Source: Anthoceros angustus
Taxonomy: Eukaryota > Plantae > Anthocerotophyta
Reading direction: 5' to 3'
DNA length: 64,000 bases
NCBI GenBank assembly: GCA_010909165.1
Contig: MU008163.1
Location: 186,001-250,000, forward strand
A program made the position numbers and the translations under genes. Positions 50,801-64,000 of this stretch are shown here, piece by piece. The notes below the pieces were generated by a model. That model made no database searches. It worked only from the letters and a program-made list of their open reading frames with translations, and was not told the origin of the DNA. Each line of letters opens with the position of its first letter. Position 1 is the stretch's first letter.

Positions 50801-51708
50801 ATGGTGATCTTTGAACAATGAGGAAGGGGCTCTGTTGATCCGCTTTGATAAGTCAACAAGTTTAGAACGGTTTGCATGCCCAAGGCGGCATGCCAAAATC
50901 TGACTTCTTGTTGTTGTCAAGGGACCAACAAATGTGGAATTTGCTTGTTCACGGCGGATACAAGAGATATCCGACGATACAATTACGAATCTAGGACTTT
51001 GAAAATACAGAGAAGGTGAGCTACGAGCAAAGCAACATGTGGTTTACGAGGCGTAAGTATGAGGTCCTTCATCCGCATTATCTTACTAAGTGACATTAAA
51101 TTTTTAGCCATCTTAGGAACATAAAGAACATCCGGTAGAACTAAGACGGTATCATCATGAAGTGGGAACTTACAGATGCCTTTACCATGTATATGCGATG
51201 CTGGGATTCATCACCTAAAACACTGCTCGTAAATAGTGGTAAGAGTCAAGCTAGTGAATTGAAGCTCATCACGACATATGTGAGCGGTGGCACCGCTTAT
51301 CATACCAACTGCCTACCCTCACTCGCTTTGAGTGCTCGAGCGGTATTAATTTTCTAGCTGGTTTGCTTGATCGAGGTTGAAACCTTCTCTTTGATTGTGA
51401 TGTGGCGGTGCATGGGTCGAGGTGTTGCCGTGAGGCTCCCGGCCTTTTTCTTTCTGCCTCGGCCCGGTGCCCGAGTCCACACCAGTGCGATTACCTTGTC
51501 TCCTTGATGCGAAGGTTGAGCGGCATTGCGGCGGCGGTGGTTGACCTCTCCTCTCCTCTCATGTTGAATCGACCTCCTCTTGTCGCAAAAAACTTTGTCG
51601 GTTTAGAGCGGTGTGTTGTCCCCTTGATGACATTTGGCGGCTCATTTCCTCTTGATATAGAGCCCCAATAACATCTGTGAGCACTCGGCCGTCGAATGGG
51701 ACCATTTT

Positions 51709-53503
51709 GTGTGGTGACAATGTAGTATAGAGTACTAACCTCGTTGCCAAGGATATTGTATGGAGTAGGTTAGCCTTAAGTGAGCTCAATCACACACAAG
51801 ACAACCCTACACCTCTATACATGATAGTCAAGGAGCCATAGCATTAGCCGAAATCCTTTCCATTCTAGGACTAAACACATAGTCGAATACCATTACATTA
51901 GAGAAATGTTGGGAAATAAAACTATTGATATTAGTTATATTCAAACTCGGGATAACATGATTTATTCACAAAGTCCCTTGGTCGGAATTACATATTAAAC
52001 ATATGAAGACCTTAGGTATATTAGATACCAAGTCAATACCAACCTAACCAAGAAGATCAGCTATCCGGGCCGATTAAGTTAACCTTATTTCTTCAAGCCC
52101 ATTTCTTAACTACATATTCCATTTCCTCTTCAATTTCTAAATGGTCTTCGTAGTATTCCCCGACATCCTTGCTAAGTGCCCAAGCATCCTAAACCATAGT
52201 GCAAGAAGGGTCAAAATAATATTTCTTTATTATAACTTTTGCTTATTGAGAACACTTACTATAGATGTGCTTAGTGTGTCCTCGAACTCCTTACAGCTCG
52301 AACCTAGTCACACCATGTGGATTCCTAATTTGGTACACATATTCAACTGGAGGGTTAGAAGCCGCATAATCTCCTGTGGCACACTATGTAAGTGGTAGTG
52401 GTCAATCCACCTTGCATGCGCTAGCTTGGACTTCCTTGCAATATAGCTTGGACTCACGGCGATTAATGGTGGATCACAAGTCTTAGGAGACTTGCCATAA
52501 CATTTCAGCACGTATGAGCATATGTGGGCATGAAAGTTGGTTCCTACCTTTGCTATTAGATTCTTCATGAAGGTTATCACTATATTTTTTGATCGACGAT
52601 GATATCTCGATTACACCAACGTGCCGCAGAGGTGTGTTGTGATGAAGATCAATTCGGCATTCCACCGCCATTCGCGATTCAACCCATGTTTTCATATCTG
52701 AAGTTCGGAAAATTTGAGGCTTCACCATCTGCGAGGTTCCAATTACATCACTGTTGTTGTTTCCAATGGTATAGTCATGGCGGCCATCTTCCACAGCCTA
52801 CGATGCCGTCGTGCCTTGACCTTATGATATGTGAATTTCCAGCCACTTTAGCAGATGGATATCGCCATGATTGCATCTGGCAATCTGCTTATTCTTCCTT
52901 GTGGTGCTGCAGCATCCGCCGCAATGCCGTTGTGGTATGAAATTGTGGTCCGCAATGGAAGGAATCCTCCCAACGGACCGGTGTTGTAGGAGGTCGGAGG
53001 ATCTTTTGCAAATTCAGCAGTTCCGGATGCGTTTCCCGCCATGGATGTCCTGTGAGCAGCCTAAGGGCGCCTGTTTGGAGGGAGAACACAAGCACAATGG
53101 CCGCAATGGCCGCAATGCAGGAAGGTATGAAGACGAGGTATCGCAATCAAGCCCCACATGCGGGCGCCACTATTTGCTGGACTAGAACTCTAGGCCGGGC
53201 GCCCTCAAATGGTCGACGGCGGAAAATCGGCTGCGGCGGCGCACCGGGCTGGCCGCTCCGCCGCCGCCGCGGCGCGGCGGCTTCTTGTGAGCTCCGCGTC
53301 GCAGTGGACGACGGCGAACCGCCAAGCCCGTCCGTTAAGTTTTCTTTTCGGCATTTTTCATTTTTAAAAATATTTTCCTATTTTCTTATATAGGTTATTT
53401 CCTTTATGTTTTTAAATTAATTTTGCTTAAGGTCTAGTCTTCAGTTTTAGGCCTATTTTGGCTCATTTTGAAGCTTAAAAAATCCTCTATTTTGTCACCC
53501 CTA
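51709..53503 (-). mobile_element. Probable hAT DNA transposon remnant
   Basis: Right end reads TAGGGGTGACAAAATAG on the minus strand (hAT-like TIR), with a weak partner GTGGTGACAATGTAG near 51711; degenerate SDN and C..H segments in 52300-52800. Confidence 0.45.
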
Positions 53504-54828
53504 GTTCACAGTGAGTGGGAGTGATGAAATATATTAGGTATAGGGCACTATTCACTAGGGCACCTTTACTTAATGATTATTATATGCCTAGGGCACTAAG
53601 TAGTTTTCTTTAGGTGGTTATTTAGGTAGTTAGTTGTTATAACCACTTATGGTTATAACCACTTATAGTTACAACAACTTATGGTTGTAACCACCGACTC
53701 TACCTACTATATAAACACTCTTGTATTTTCTATTATGTAATGCAACTCTACAAGACTCTTTTGCAAGTGCGTTTGTGCGTGATTCTCATCATAGACATCA
53801 CACGTGCAGTTAGTAATGGAAGTCAGTTTCTAGAGAACCCTGGCTTGCCACATTGGGCTGCAGTGAAGAGAATTTTTAGGTACCTCAAAGGGACAGCGCG
53901 CAAAGGTTTACGTTTTTCTAAGCAACCAGATGGTTTACAGCTAATGTCCTTTGTGATGCCGATTGGCTGGTGACACAGACACTAGGCAGCAGTATTGCAG
54001 CCCCTCATGCATTTTTAGGTGGATCGCTTATCTCTTGGTCGTAAAAGCTCACTACTATTTGTCTTTCCTCTACGGGCGAATATGGTGCCGTGACACAAGT
54101 CGCTAGAGGTTATTTGGATTAGATCTTTCTTAAGTGGACTTAAGCAGCTTCATGAAGGACCAACTCACTTTGGTGCGACAACGATCTGACCATTGCTTTA
54201 TCGAAGAATCCAGCTTTTCATGCTAGAAGTAAGCATATCGAGATTGCTCATCATTTTATAAGACAAGCAGAGCGTAGGTGATAGTGGACTATGTTGCCAC
54301 TTCAGAAAATGTGGCTGACTTTTGATAAAGTCTTTGCCAAAGTTGGTACATGAGAAACATACTTCGGCAGCTAGGCTACAATTTATACCTGCTGTGAGCA
54401 AAGCAGGAACAGCTCATTAGTTGATTTCCTCTTTCATCTGGCTTGGTGAGTGGATGAAGCCTTATTGTGTTATGTGATCGTCACACTTGCTAGAACTCCC
54501 TTTTTTGCTTATATCAGCAGTGGGAGTACACTTTCTATTATGAAGTCAATTTTCAAGATATTTTTAAGCTTATCAATTAACTCCTAATTGCAACTAAGTG
54601 GGAGTAATGAAATATAGCTTATTTTGGAATAGATATGTGTTAAAATTTAATGGTGATTTTAATTACAATTAAATTAGATTATTATTTTAATTAATAACCA
54701 TCAATAACCGCTTTTTGTATAAGACCCTTTCTTTGTGTGTAATTTGTATTATCTTTCGATTCCAACTTGCTCTTGACCCTCTTCCTTACCTCTTGCACGA
54801 TCTTCACACATGCGATCCTAGGCTATCA
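53504..54828 (+). mobile_element. Copia RT/RNase H fragment between two PPT+LTR-like starts
   Basis: [35 protein letters not shown]; AGTGGGAG-T(G/A)ATGAAATATA at ~53514 and ~54597. Confidence 0.8.
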
Positions 54829-54829
54829 A

Positions 54830-56198
54830 CTTCTTTAGTTAGCATAGCTCCCTCATAGATTCTGTTGTTGAGCAGGTCAAAAGTATGTATAAAGTTGATA
54901 GGGTGAGTATGGGAAGTAGAAAGCTTTTCTTTCATTGAAAAGTTGAAAAAGTCATGGAGTGTATGAGGGTTTTGTAATATCTCGACTACTACGAAAGTGA
55001 ACTAAGTTCTTGCATTGCTAGTGCTAACAACATGCTTTAGTTGTTGATGCGATGAATAATAAGTTTCGATCTTTGTGTGTTGCATGCTTGTCGTCTATTC
55101 AGTCCTAAATTTTATCCACGAAGATGCATGAGCGTACGGTTAGTTAATAGTTTGTTAGAGATATTGTTGAAAAGTTTGGAACTAACTCTTTGGATGCAAA
55201 TACTAATGTTGTCGACCCTTTTGTAGTTGATGAGGTGTGTCAATCTGAGTTGCTAATATTTGTGTCCATCTTGAAGTCTTCTTATCTTTGGATTGAGTAT
55301 GTATACTACAAACTATACTCAAAAACTCGGGAGTGGGTAATACCTCTATTTTCTATTTTATGTCTTTGGGAATTATGTTTGGTCATACCTTGTAGTACTT
55401 TAAGGGTTGATTCGTTAATTAATTAAAGTTAGTAAAAGTTGAAAATCTAGAAATTATTATAGTTAAAATGTTGAATAGGTAAAATTTATGAATTTATGAT
55501 CACGAAAACATGGAAATTAGGGTTTGTGTGGAAAATTAGGGTCTGTTTAGGGAGGTATATATATATCCATTAGTTTTATATATATACCTATGTATTTTAA
55601 TAAATGTTGAAATTTGATAAAATTATTTTTTGTAAATGTTGAAATTTTGAAAAATATAAATATTTATGTTGAACCTTGTTTTTCAAAAACAATTATTTCG
55701 CATTATCCTGTTGAACCACCTTGAAAGATGCAGCTATATATGTGCAGGATTTTCTAAACAAAACTTTATGATGAATAACATGAGAACTAATCTTAATATT
55801 TTGACCCTTGATGCATTGATGAGTATATCCATCAATGGTCCGCTGTTAAAGAGATAGATTGGAATGGTATTTTTAAAGTAGTTCTCTTAATATTTTGACC
55901 CTTGATGCATTGATGAGTATATCCATCAATGGTCCGCCTGTTAAAGAGATAGATTGGAATGGTATTTTTAAAGCTTGGAAAGACCAGCCCCAACGATAGA
56001 ATGTACTAGATATTTATATTTTTTATATTATTATTTATAATTTATTTATTTAAGATTTATTATATTTAGTGACCGATAAAAGGCACCGGTCCCTCGGTCC
56101 GGAGGCGTAGCGACTAAGTGATCCGGGGGGTGAGATAGTACTCGGTGTCATTTGGGATGAGATAGTACTCGGTCAAAATGACACCGATTAGACCCCCT
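54830..56198 (+). mobile_element. hAT transposase C-terminal (dimerisation domain) remnant and right terminus
   Basis: LVIPCST ... GFSKQN..NNMRTNLNILTLDALMSISINGP..IDW, split by an AT-rich ~320-bp insert at ~55400-55725; 95-bp direct duplication in 55790-55975; TCGGT/ACCGA subterminal motifs ending GACCCCCT. Confidence 0.7.
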
Positions 56199-56514
56199 CG
56201 AGCTTCGTCCCGTGAGAACAAGCGCATGCCAATCCTTGATGAGTTTCACCTTCTACTTCTTTGATGATAGAATGGAAGATCACACAATGGGAAATTTGTC
56301 CACCCAAACTACACACGGAAGAAACTATTTCAAACATTGGCGGGTTTGCCATCACGGTCCAAGAAACATTTTGGACACGCACTTAGTGGGGTAACATGTA
56401 AAATGTGGCGAGCAAGCATTCGCAACTTCGCATCGGAGTTTGAAGAGGTCGTCTAGTTTGAACACCTTCCAGTACTGTTCGGTGGATGCGCATGCGAATG
56501 TGTGAGGAGCACGA

Positions 56515-57132
56515 GTGATAGTGTTTCCACATCTCTGTTTCAAACATCGCGCCTAAAGCCATGAAAGCTGCGGTGTTTCCACATCTCTGCCTCAAAGATC
56601 GCGCCTAAAGCCATGAAGCGTGATAGTGTTTCCACATCTCATTTACAAGATCGAGGCCATGAAATCGGTGATAGTGTTTCCACATCTGTTTCAAAGATCG
56701 CGCCTAAAGCCATGAAAGCCTTTTAGTGTTTCCACATCTCTGTTTCAAGTCTATGTTTCCACACCACTTTGTTTCCAAGTCTCTCTTTCCACACCTCTGT
56801 TTCCAAGTCTCTGTTTCCAAGTCTCTGTTTCCAAATCTGCTTTCCAAGTCTCTGTTTCCAAGTCTCTGTTTCCACACCTCTGCTTCCACACCTCTGTTTT
56901 CAAGTCTCTGTTTCCACACCTCTGCTTCCACATCTGCTTTCCAAGTCTCTGTTTCCAAGTCTCTGTTTCCAAGTCTCTGTTTCCATGTCTGTTTCCATGT
57001 CTCTGTTTCCACCTCTCGGTTCCAACATCTCTGCTTCCACATCTCTGTTTCCACATCTCTGTTTCCAAGTCTGTTTCCACATGCGTAAAGCCATGAAATC
57101 GGTGATAGTGTTTCCACATCTCTGTTTCAAAG
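56515..57132. repeat. Minisatellite: 12-14-bp (CT)CTGTTTCCA(AGT/CAT/CAC) core flanked by ~48-bp longer units
   Basis: Directly visible tandem units; AAAGCCATGAAATCGGTGATAGTGTTTCCACATCTCTGTTTCAAAGATCGCGCCT-like units on both sides. Confidence 0.92.
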
Positions 57133-60100
57133 ACTAAAGATAAAAGAAGAATCCTTTTGTACATTCCACAATAAAGATCACATGGAATCATACCTCCCGC
57201 TCACAAGGCGAGCGCCTTCACTTACTAGGCCACGCGATCACCGTCAAGTGGAACACTCGACATGTATAATCGGGAGGCGTGAGGTGGTGTGCCGCATCCA
57301 CCTCTTGCATAGTTGTGCCAAGAGCACCATTTGAGCACGCAAGTGCCTAAACCGACTAGTGAATGCCGGAATCTCCTTCCTTCATGCGCAAGGTATAAAA
57401 TTGCTTTGTTGCGCATAAGCTCATCATTGTTTCAACTTTGTAAGTTCCTGTGATCCCAAATTGCTTTTGCATTGGTAAGGAACTCAATTTCGGACAAGAT
57501 CGACTCAAGCCCATTGACTAGGAGGGCTACAGCAATTCTTCGAGTTATCCCATGCATCTTTACTTTTTTAGTGTAGCTCCTCTGTTGTAGGATTAGAAGG
57601 AGTGCCGGATCCGGGTTTGTCCCATCAACTACATCCCCACTCCACGAGCAAGTAAAGTGGATTTCATCCGACACTCCAAATATCAAAACGCGTGCCATTA
57701 AATCTATCTGCTCTTGAGATCGAGGTAAAAGTAGGTGACATGACATGCGTATGCGGTAGCTACGGTGACCTGTGAGAAAAGATGGAGGCAAGCAAAGACT
57801 AACTAACAAGGAAGCCGAATTAATGCGTAAATGAATAGTAACCATTCAAATCTTAGTGTGTAACTATCAAGATCTGAAACGTGCCTAAAAATAAATATAA
57901 ACTAGGGCTAAAGGGAGGAAAGCGATTGGGATTCAGGAACATGAAGGGAAGCTGCGGTGACATACTCAACCCTAAATCTCTTCATATCGCAATGCATCGG
58001 AGCAATTGAGCGAATCTGACAATCCGACAACAAATCCCTAATTGCAACTCCTCTCCTTGTGCGGAAACAAATCATGGATCGTGATAGGTGGGCAACAATG
58101 CCAAGATTTAGATTCTCCGCAATGGATGGCTCATCGTCATTTTCTCAAGGGAAGGCAAATTAGAAACCCCAAGAAGAATGAGCAGTGATTGTCAATTCGT
58201 TGCAAATAACGAAAACACTTCTTGCGGCAATTAAGTGCACGTTGCGCTTCTCTTGCTCATGCAAAGCCTCTAGAAAATGTCTGTCTTGCACGCAATTGAG
58301 CCACACATTTTCAATCCGATTACAATGAGATTCTACAAGAGAATGGATATCCTCATGTGATTTTACGAATCAAAATCTTCGCCTTCTATAGCATCATCAA
58401 GAAACTCCAAATTAGATCGCAGCCTTTTATTGTCTAAATGCTGATATTTAGATTGTGTTTTAAATTGCCGATTCTTGGTCACTTGTTTGGAGTGACTTCC
58501 ACAAGCTCGAACTTCTTGATGTCTATTTAATCTTTGCTCTGTTTTAAAAATTATGGAGCCTTCTTTGCTCTTCTGCTTTTCCTTGACATCTGGATTATTT
58601 CTCGATAATTATCGAGAAAATGCAATCCAGGCGCCTTGGGAGTGGGTGGAGATTAGTGGTCCACCACCGGTGCCTTGAAGGAAATTCACGCGAGAACACA
58701 CGTTCTCCACGACCACGAGGCATTGCAAGATACAAAGGATTCGAGACACCATCAAGGTGCTCGATACCATGTGGAGATACCTCATGCATCTAGCAAGAAA
58801 GGCCGTGCGGAGGCATGCGAGAGCAATGGAAATAAAACGATGTGTATTTAATAATGAGCAGAAAAATGTTATATACAAAAGTAGCCTAATAACCCTAAAT
58901 AGCATAACCTAAAAGTAAGTGGGATATTTAACGTCGTGGTTATTAATCCAATGAAATAAGCACGGTTAGCACTGGACGGCACTGAGTATACTCCGACCGG
59001 AGTGGGAACGCACTAGTCACGGCGTATGGTAACGGATAAGTCCGGACCCACCTGTGACCGTGCAGATAAGTACGCCAGGAAAGTAACTTAGAAGTTGGGC
59101 CGAAGGACGGGACTAGGCGACGCCACGGACGAGGACGGCATGCGCATGGTCAGACCGTGAACGCGGGGCCGTTATAGGGTGTATTCACGCCGCGATCGGG
59201 CGCGAGGCCGAGTACGCGCGTAAGGCCGAGTACGCGGCAGCAGAGGGGCCGCAGTAAGCCATGCACCGCGCTGGACAGGAAGAGGCGCCCGCCTGCCGTT
59301 ACTCCCGGCGTGGTCGCGAAGAAGGCTCACGCAGCCTCGAGACAATTCTCGCGATCTTGCGCCCGCAACCGCTCGGGCGGTATCTCGTGGGACACTCAGA
59401 CGCTCGCCGCTCACCGCTGAGGTCGGAGCAACGCGCGGCGAAGGCGCAACGCGCGCAGCCTCCGACAAGCGCGAACCAAGGAGGAGAAGGCGATGGCACC
59501 CAAAAGCCCATGGAAGTTTGGGAGCCATGGAACCTTGTGGAGCGCAACATTGTGACCCGCGCTATCCGGACTTTGGGCTCGCCTGTGAAGCGGAGAATTG
59601 GTGCAGAGTGGCATTTGGATGTGTTCCATGGTCCGGACATTTGATAGTGTCACCGTCCGGGAGTTTGCCCGAAGATGCCGGCGGTCAATAAAGGAGGTGC
59701 GGTCCAAGAACCTCCGGAGGACCCAAGGCGATGGACCTTGAGGTCCCGAGGCGCCTACAACCGCCAAGGAGGAAGAGGGGAGGGTGCCGAGCCCCTCAAG
59801 GCGAAGGGGAAGATAGGGCCGCACAGCCGATGCTAAGGCTCGACGAACGACCACCAACGGTTGGTCGATATCCGACCTGGATACCGAGTAAGGGCGGCCC
59901 GGATCATTGTCCATCGAACCTACTCACCAAGGTGGATCACCTTGGTGATAATCTATTCCCGCACGCTACCGCAATGGGAAGAGGGCGACCGGGGAAGGAT
60001 TATCCGGTTTAGCTGAGGCTCGCAAGCTCAGACCGAGAAGCCGCCATCTGGGCCGCCCCATACCGATCCATGTATGGGGCATTTCGAGCTCCTCAAGGAA

Positions 60101-63100
60101 GGAGAGCTTGAGCGAGCGCCCGGAAGGACCGAGGCCCCGGAAGTGGAGCGGCAAGGGCGCCGAGGAGGAGGCCGTCAAAACCAAACGGACTGGAGGAGGA
60201 CGATCGAGGATTCCTGACCCATACGCTGAACGGACCCCTCACCACCTGTGGAAGTATGGGAAGCACCCGCCTCCTCCTTCCGTGCCCCAACCAGCACCCA
60301 AGCAGAAGCGCCCCGACCCCAGCCACCGCCATCACTCCTACCGAGGAGCCCCACGGACTGTGAGAGAGCCAAGAGACGCAAGACCACGGCTACCAACGCT
60401 GCACCCTGGGCCCAAGATTTCCCCGCCATGGAGTGGCAAGAAGTGAGGAAGAAGGAGGGCGTAGGACGCCTGTGGAGCAGGAGGACACCGCAGCAGCCAG
60501 ATCCAGAGCCCCGCCGGCTGTGAAGGGGCAAAGGGCGTGCTGACTCCATCACCTCCGCCGAGCCCTGTGGAGGAAAAGGGCGAGAAGGAGCTCGCCAAAA
60601 GGGCCAAGGAGGGGGAAGAGTCAGCCAAGACTCGTGACCTAAGGGTCCCGATTGGTCCGAGAACCCACCGACTTGCTCCGATCACAGGTATGGAGGTCCT
60701 CGACGGACTGCGGAGATGCCGGCTCCACGGACTTTGTGGGAGCCTCACCAAGGCCGTGGAAGAAACACGGCGGTTCCTGCCACCGCCATGGACGGTATGC
60801 CTGGGTCTCGTGGATGAGAAGACCTGTGGAGGTAGAAGCCACCCGAGGCGCATGGTACCTCCGTGGAGGCTGAGGGAGCCTGTGAGGCGAGAAGGAAGGC
60901 CAAGCTCGGATTGAGGAAGGAAAACGCCGGAGGCGGAGAGGGAGGTCCGTCCATCCGCAAGGACCGGACAAATTCCTTCACCGGAGGAACAAGGTGCCAA
61001 GGAGGCCAAGCGCGGGCGAGGACCTCGCAGTGAGGGGCGAGCGCAGCAGAAGGTGAGGACGCGCAAGAACGGGCGCGGATCTCGCGGAGGCAGCCTGACC
61101 GACCAGAGCCAAGCCGAGAGGCTCTGTGAAGGTGGCCAAGGAGGCGGAGGCCACGGCGGCCGATCGCGATCACTATCGCTGATCGAACCGGAGGGAGGAG
61201 GCCGGTCGTCGAAACCAAACGGACTGGAGGAGGACGATCGAGGATTCCTGACTCCATACGCTGAACGGACCCCTCACCACCTGTGGAAGTATGGGAAGCA
61301 CCCGCCTCCTCCTTCCGTGCCCCAACCGTAATGCACCAGCAGAAGCCGACAGCGCCACACCGCCATCACTCCGGCTGAGGAGCCCCGCCGGACCAGGAGA
61401 GAGCCGAAGAGACGCAAGACCACGGCTACCAACGCGGCACCCTCCGGTGCCAAGATTTCCCCGCCGACGGAGTGGCAAGAAGCGGAGGAAGCAGTAAGGA
61501 GGGCAGAAAGGGACGCTGCCCAGGGAGCAGGAGGACACCGGCACTGAGATCCAGAGCCGGCCCCGCCGGCTGTGAAGGGGCAAAGGGCGTGCTCCTGACT
61601 CCATCACCTCCGCCGAGCCCTGTGGAGGAAAAGGGCGAGAAGGAGCTCGCGCCAAAAGGGCCAAGGGGAAGCCCGAGCCAAGACTCGTGACCTAAGGGTC
61701 CCGATTGTCCGGAGAACCCACCGACTTGCTCCCGATCGGTATGGAGGTCCTGACGACTGTGAGATGCCGGCCCCGCCACGGACTTTGTGGGAGCCTCACT
61801 GGCAGGCCGTGGAAGAAACACGGCCTGCCACTGCCATGGACGGTATGCCTGGGGGTCTCATGGATGGCCGAGAAGACCTGGAGGTAGAAGCCACCCGAGG
61901 CGCATGGTACCTCCGTGGAGGAGGGAGCCTGTGAGGCGAGAAGGAAGGCCAAGCCTCGGCCGATTGAGGAAGGAAACGCCGGAGGCGGAGAGGGAGGTCC
62001 GTCCATCCGCAAGGACCGGACAAATTCCTTCACCGGAGGAACAGGCAGCAAGGAGGCCAAGCGGGCGGAGGACCTCGCAGCAGAGGGGCGAGCGCAGCAG
62101 AAGCAGAGGACGCCCGGGCGCAAGCGTAACGGGCGCGGATCTCGCGAGGCACGACCGACCAGAGCCAAGCCGAGAGGCTCGGTGGCCAAGGAGGCGGAGG
62201 CCAAGGCCGATCGCGATCACTATCGCGTGATCGAACCGTGGAGGAGGCGGCCGAGCCACGCCAATCAAGGCCGAGCAAGTGGTCATGAGCAAGTACGGCC
62301 GAGCCGTGAGGAGGCATCGAGGCCAAGACCCGGGAGATTGGGGACCTCTGTGCACTGGAGGTAGAAGGGCGGCAGGAGCCGGAGGATGAAGGACACCTTG
62401 GAGTTGCAACCCAAGATGCACGGAGCAGCAGGGGTTCTCAACCCAGAGAATCCAAGACTCGAAGAGGTAGAACGCCCAGCCCGCTTGAAGACGGAGGAGA
62501 ATAGGGGCAAGGAGTTCGACGCCGGTTGCTGCGCAGGATGGAAGTGAGTTTGACGGGATACCGCCCGCCTGAGAAGGAAGTGAGGACCGGAAAGAATAGA
62601 GGGAAGAAAGCACCGGAGGAGAGGCATGCTCGTCCGGCCAGGGAAGGAAGGAGCTCACCCATGGCCCGCAAACTGGCGGAGCTGAACAACGACGGGAGGA
62701 GGAGAACGTCGAGCAGCAGCGAAGGTTGCAAGAGGTAACGGAGGCAGCCTTGACGGCCTCAAGGGAGTCCGCCCGCCTACAGCTGGTAAGCTTGGCCACG
62801 GAGACGGGCCAGCAGGCTGGGCGATCTGCTCAGTTGCCGGAGCACCTCTGGAGGAGGGAGTACCGGGTGCTCCGGGCTCATGTAGAGGAGGCGATTCAGC
62901 AAGTCGATTCCGACTTCGCCTACTACCACGCAGAGCTCCTCAAGGCTCGAGGTCCTGCGCCACCCCAGCAGGAGGGTGGACTCAAGGGATGGAAGGAGGA
63001 GCGAGAGAGGACGGACCCGGGACAAAGACAACCGCTGGAGTCCTAGGAGCCTGCTTGACGACGGCAGCAGAGGCGAGGAGAGAGCTGGAGGAACCGGAGG

Positions 63101-64000
63101 AGGAAGGTCGCCACACCGAGGTAAGCACTCACCCTCGCATGGAAGGAGGGAGGATCTTGGAGGAAGCCGTGAGCCTGACGGGATACCGCCCGCCCGGAGA
63201 AGGAAGTGGCCTCCGGAAAGAATAGAGGGGGAAGCACCGGAGGAAAAGGCTACGCTTGCTCGTCCGGCCAAGTGAAGGGGAGCTCACCCATGGCCCAAAT
63301 GGCGGAACAACGACGGAGGAGGAGAACGCCGAAAACAAGGTTGCAAGAGGTAACGGAGGCAGCCTTGACGGCCTCAAGGGAGTCCGCCACCACACCGTAA
63401 GCCACACGAGACGCCCAGCCGGGCGATCCGCCTGGGCCGGAGCACCTGAGGAGGAGCACCCGGCTGTGTAGAGGAGGCGATCTCAAGTCGATTCCGACCG
63501 CCTACTACCACGCAGAGCCCTCAAGGCCTCGAGGTCCCGCGCCACCCCAGGCAGGAGGGTGGACTCAAGGGATGGAAGGAGGAGCGAGAGGACGGACCCG
63601 GGACAAAGACAACCGCTGGAGTCCTAGGAGCGCCTGCTTGACGACGGCAGCAGCGCGAGGGAGAGCAGGAGGAACCGGAGGAGGAAGGGTCCACACCGAG
63701 GTAAGCACTCAAGACCCTCGCATGGAAGGAGGAGCGAGAGGGAGGATCTTGAGAGGAAGGGAAAAGGGTGCAACCGGGCATTCGGGAACCAAGGAGGGCT
63801 CAGGATGAACCCGTGACTAGCCCGTGAGGAGGCATGCCCAGAGTCGAGGGTCCTGACTTTGTCCCGGACTGAGGAAAGGCCGATCCCGAGGTCCGCCTCA
63901 AGGAAGTCTGGACTTAGGGATCCAGAGTGACGATCCGACCCCGAGGTCCGACCCTGTGGAAGGGTTGGGTCCAAGACCGACCGGAGGCAAGTCCGGCCCC

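Larger units (their letters stand above)
47151..58952 (-). mobile_element. Ty1/Copia element with ~5.5 kb of nested insertions in gag
   Basis: LTRs ~47151-47315 and ~58770-58950, TSD GAAAT, PBS TGGTATCGAGC, PPT AAGTGGGAGA; pol remnants 48100-51400 (DDYSGYTW, RRKLDNRS, KWVFKHK); gag AKAIWD at 57430-57850. Confidence 0.9.
47056..64000 (+). mobile_element. Large LTR of the same family as 19394-23901, opposite orientation, split by a Copia at 47151-58952 and running off the window
   Basis: 47056-47150 is the reverse complement of ~23808-23901; homology resumes at 58953; internal tandem duplications of ~1 kb (60170-62230) and ~0.6 kb (62530-63730). Confidence 0.88.

Noticed and set aside
56704-57191. 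ETWKQR-repeat protein ORFs
   Set aside because: Translations of a minisatellite that is open on both strands

Overview
Eukaryotic, most likely non-seed land-plant (lycophyte/bryophyte-like) DNA; the taxon is inferred from compact GT-AG genes and a plant-type U2 snRNA promoter. The first ~10 kb is a gene island: two tandem steroleosin/11-beta-HSD-like SDR genes, a MO25-family gene and a two-exon fungal-type Gfo/Idh/MocA oxidoreductase. The rest is nested transposon DNA: four LTR-bounded Ty1/Copia elements, TGTGG...CCACA solo LTRs of 1.3 to >5 kb, hAT remnants, a minisatellite and a ~9.5 kb tandem duplication. It also holds one U2 snRNA and a disrupted F-box-like gene. The main find appears when a Copia (TSD GTATT) and a solo LTR (TSD AGGGC) are removed and a ~550 bp inversion is flipped. 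This rebuilds one spliced minus-strand gene (~11.5-24.8 kb) encoding a ParB-like/helical region fused to a prokaryote-type beta-class N6A/N4C DNA methyltransferase, with the same 24-bp GC palindrome in both recognisable introns. Repeats carry many small indels that look like long-read errors, so frameshifts there are not reliable evidence of pseudogenisation. All family calls are by-eye motif recognition; no searches were run.
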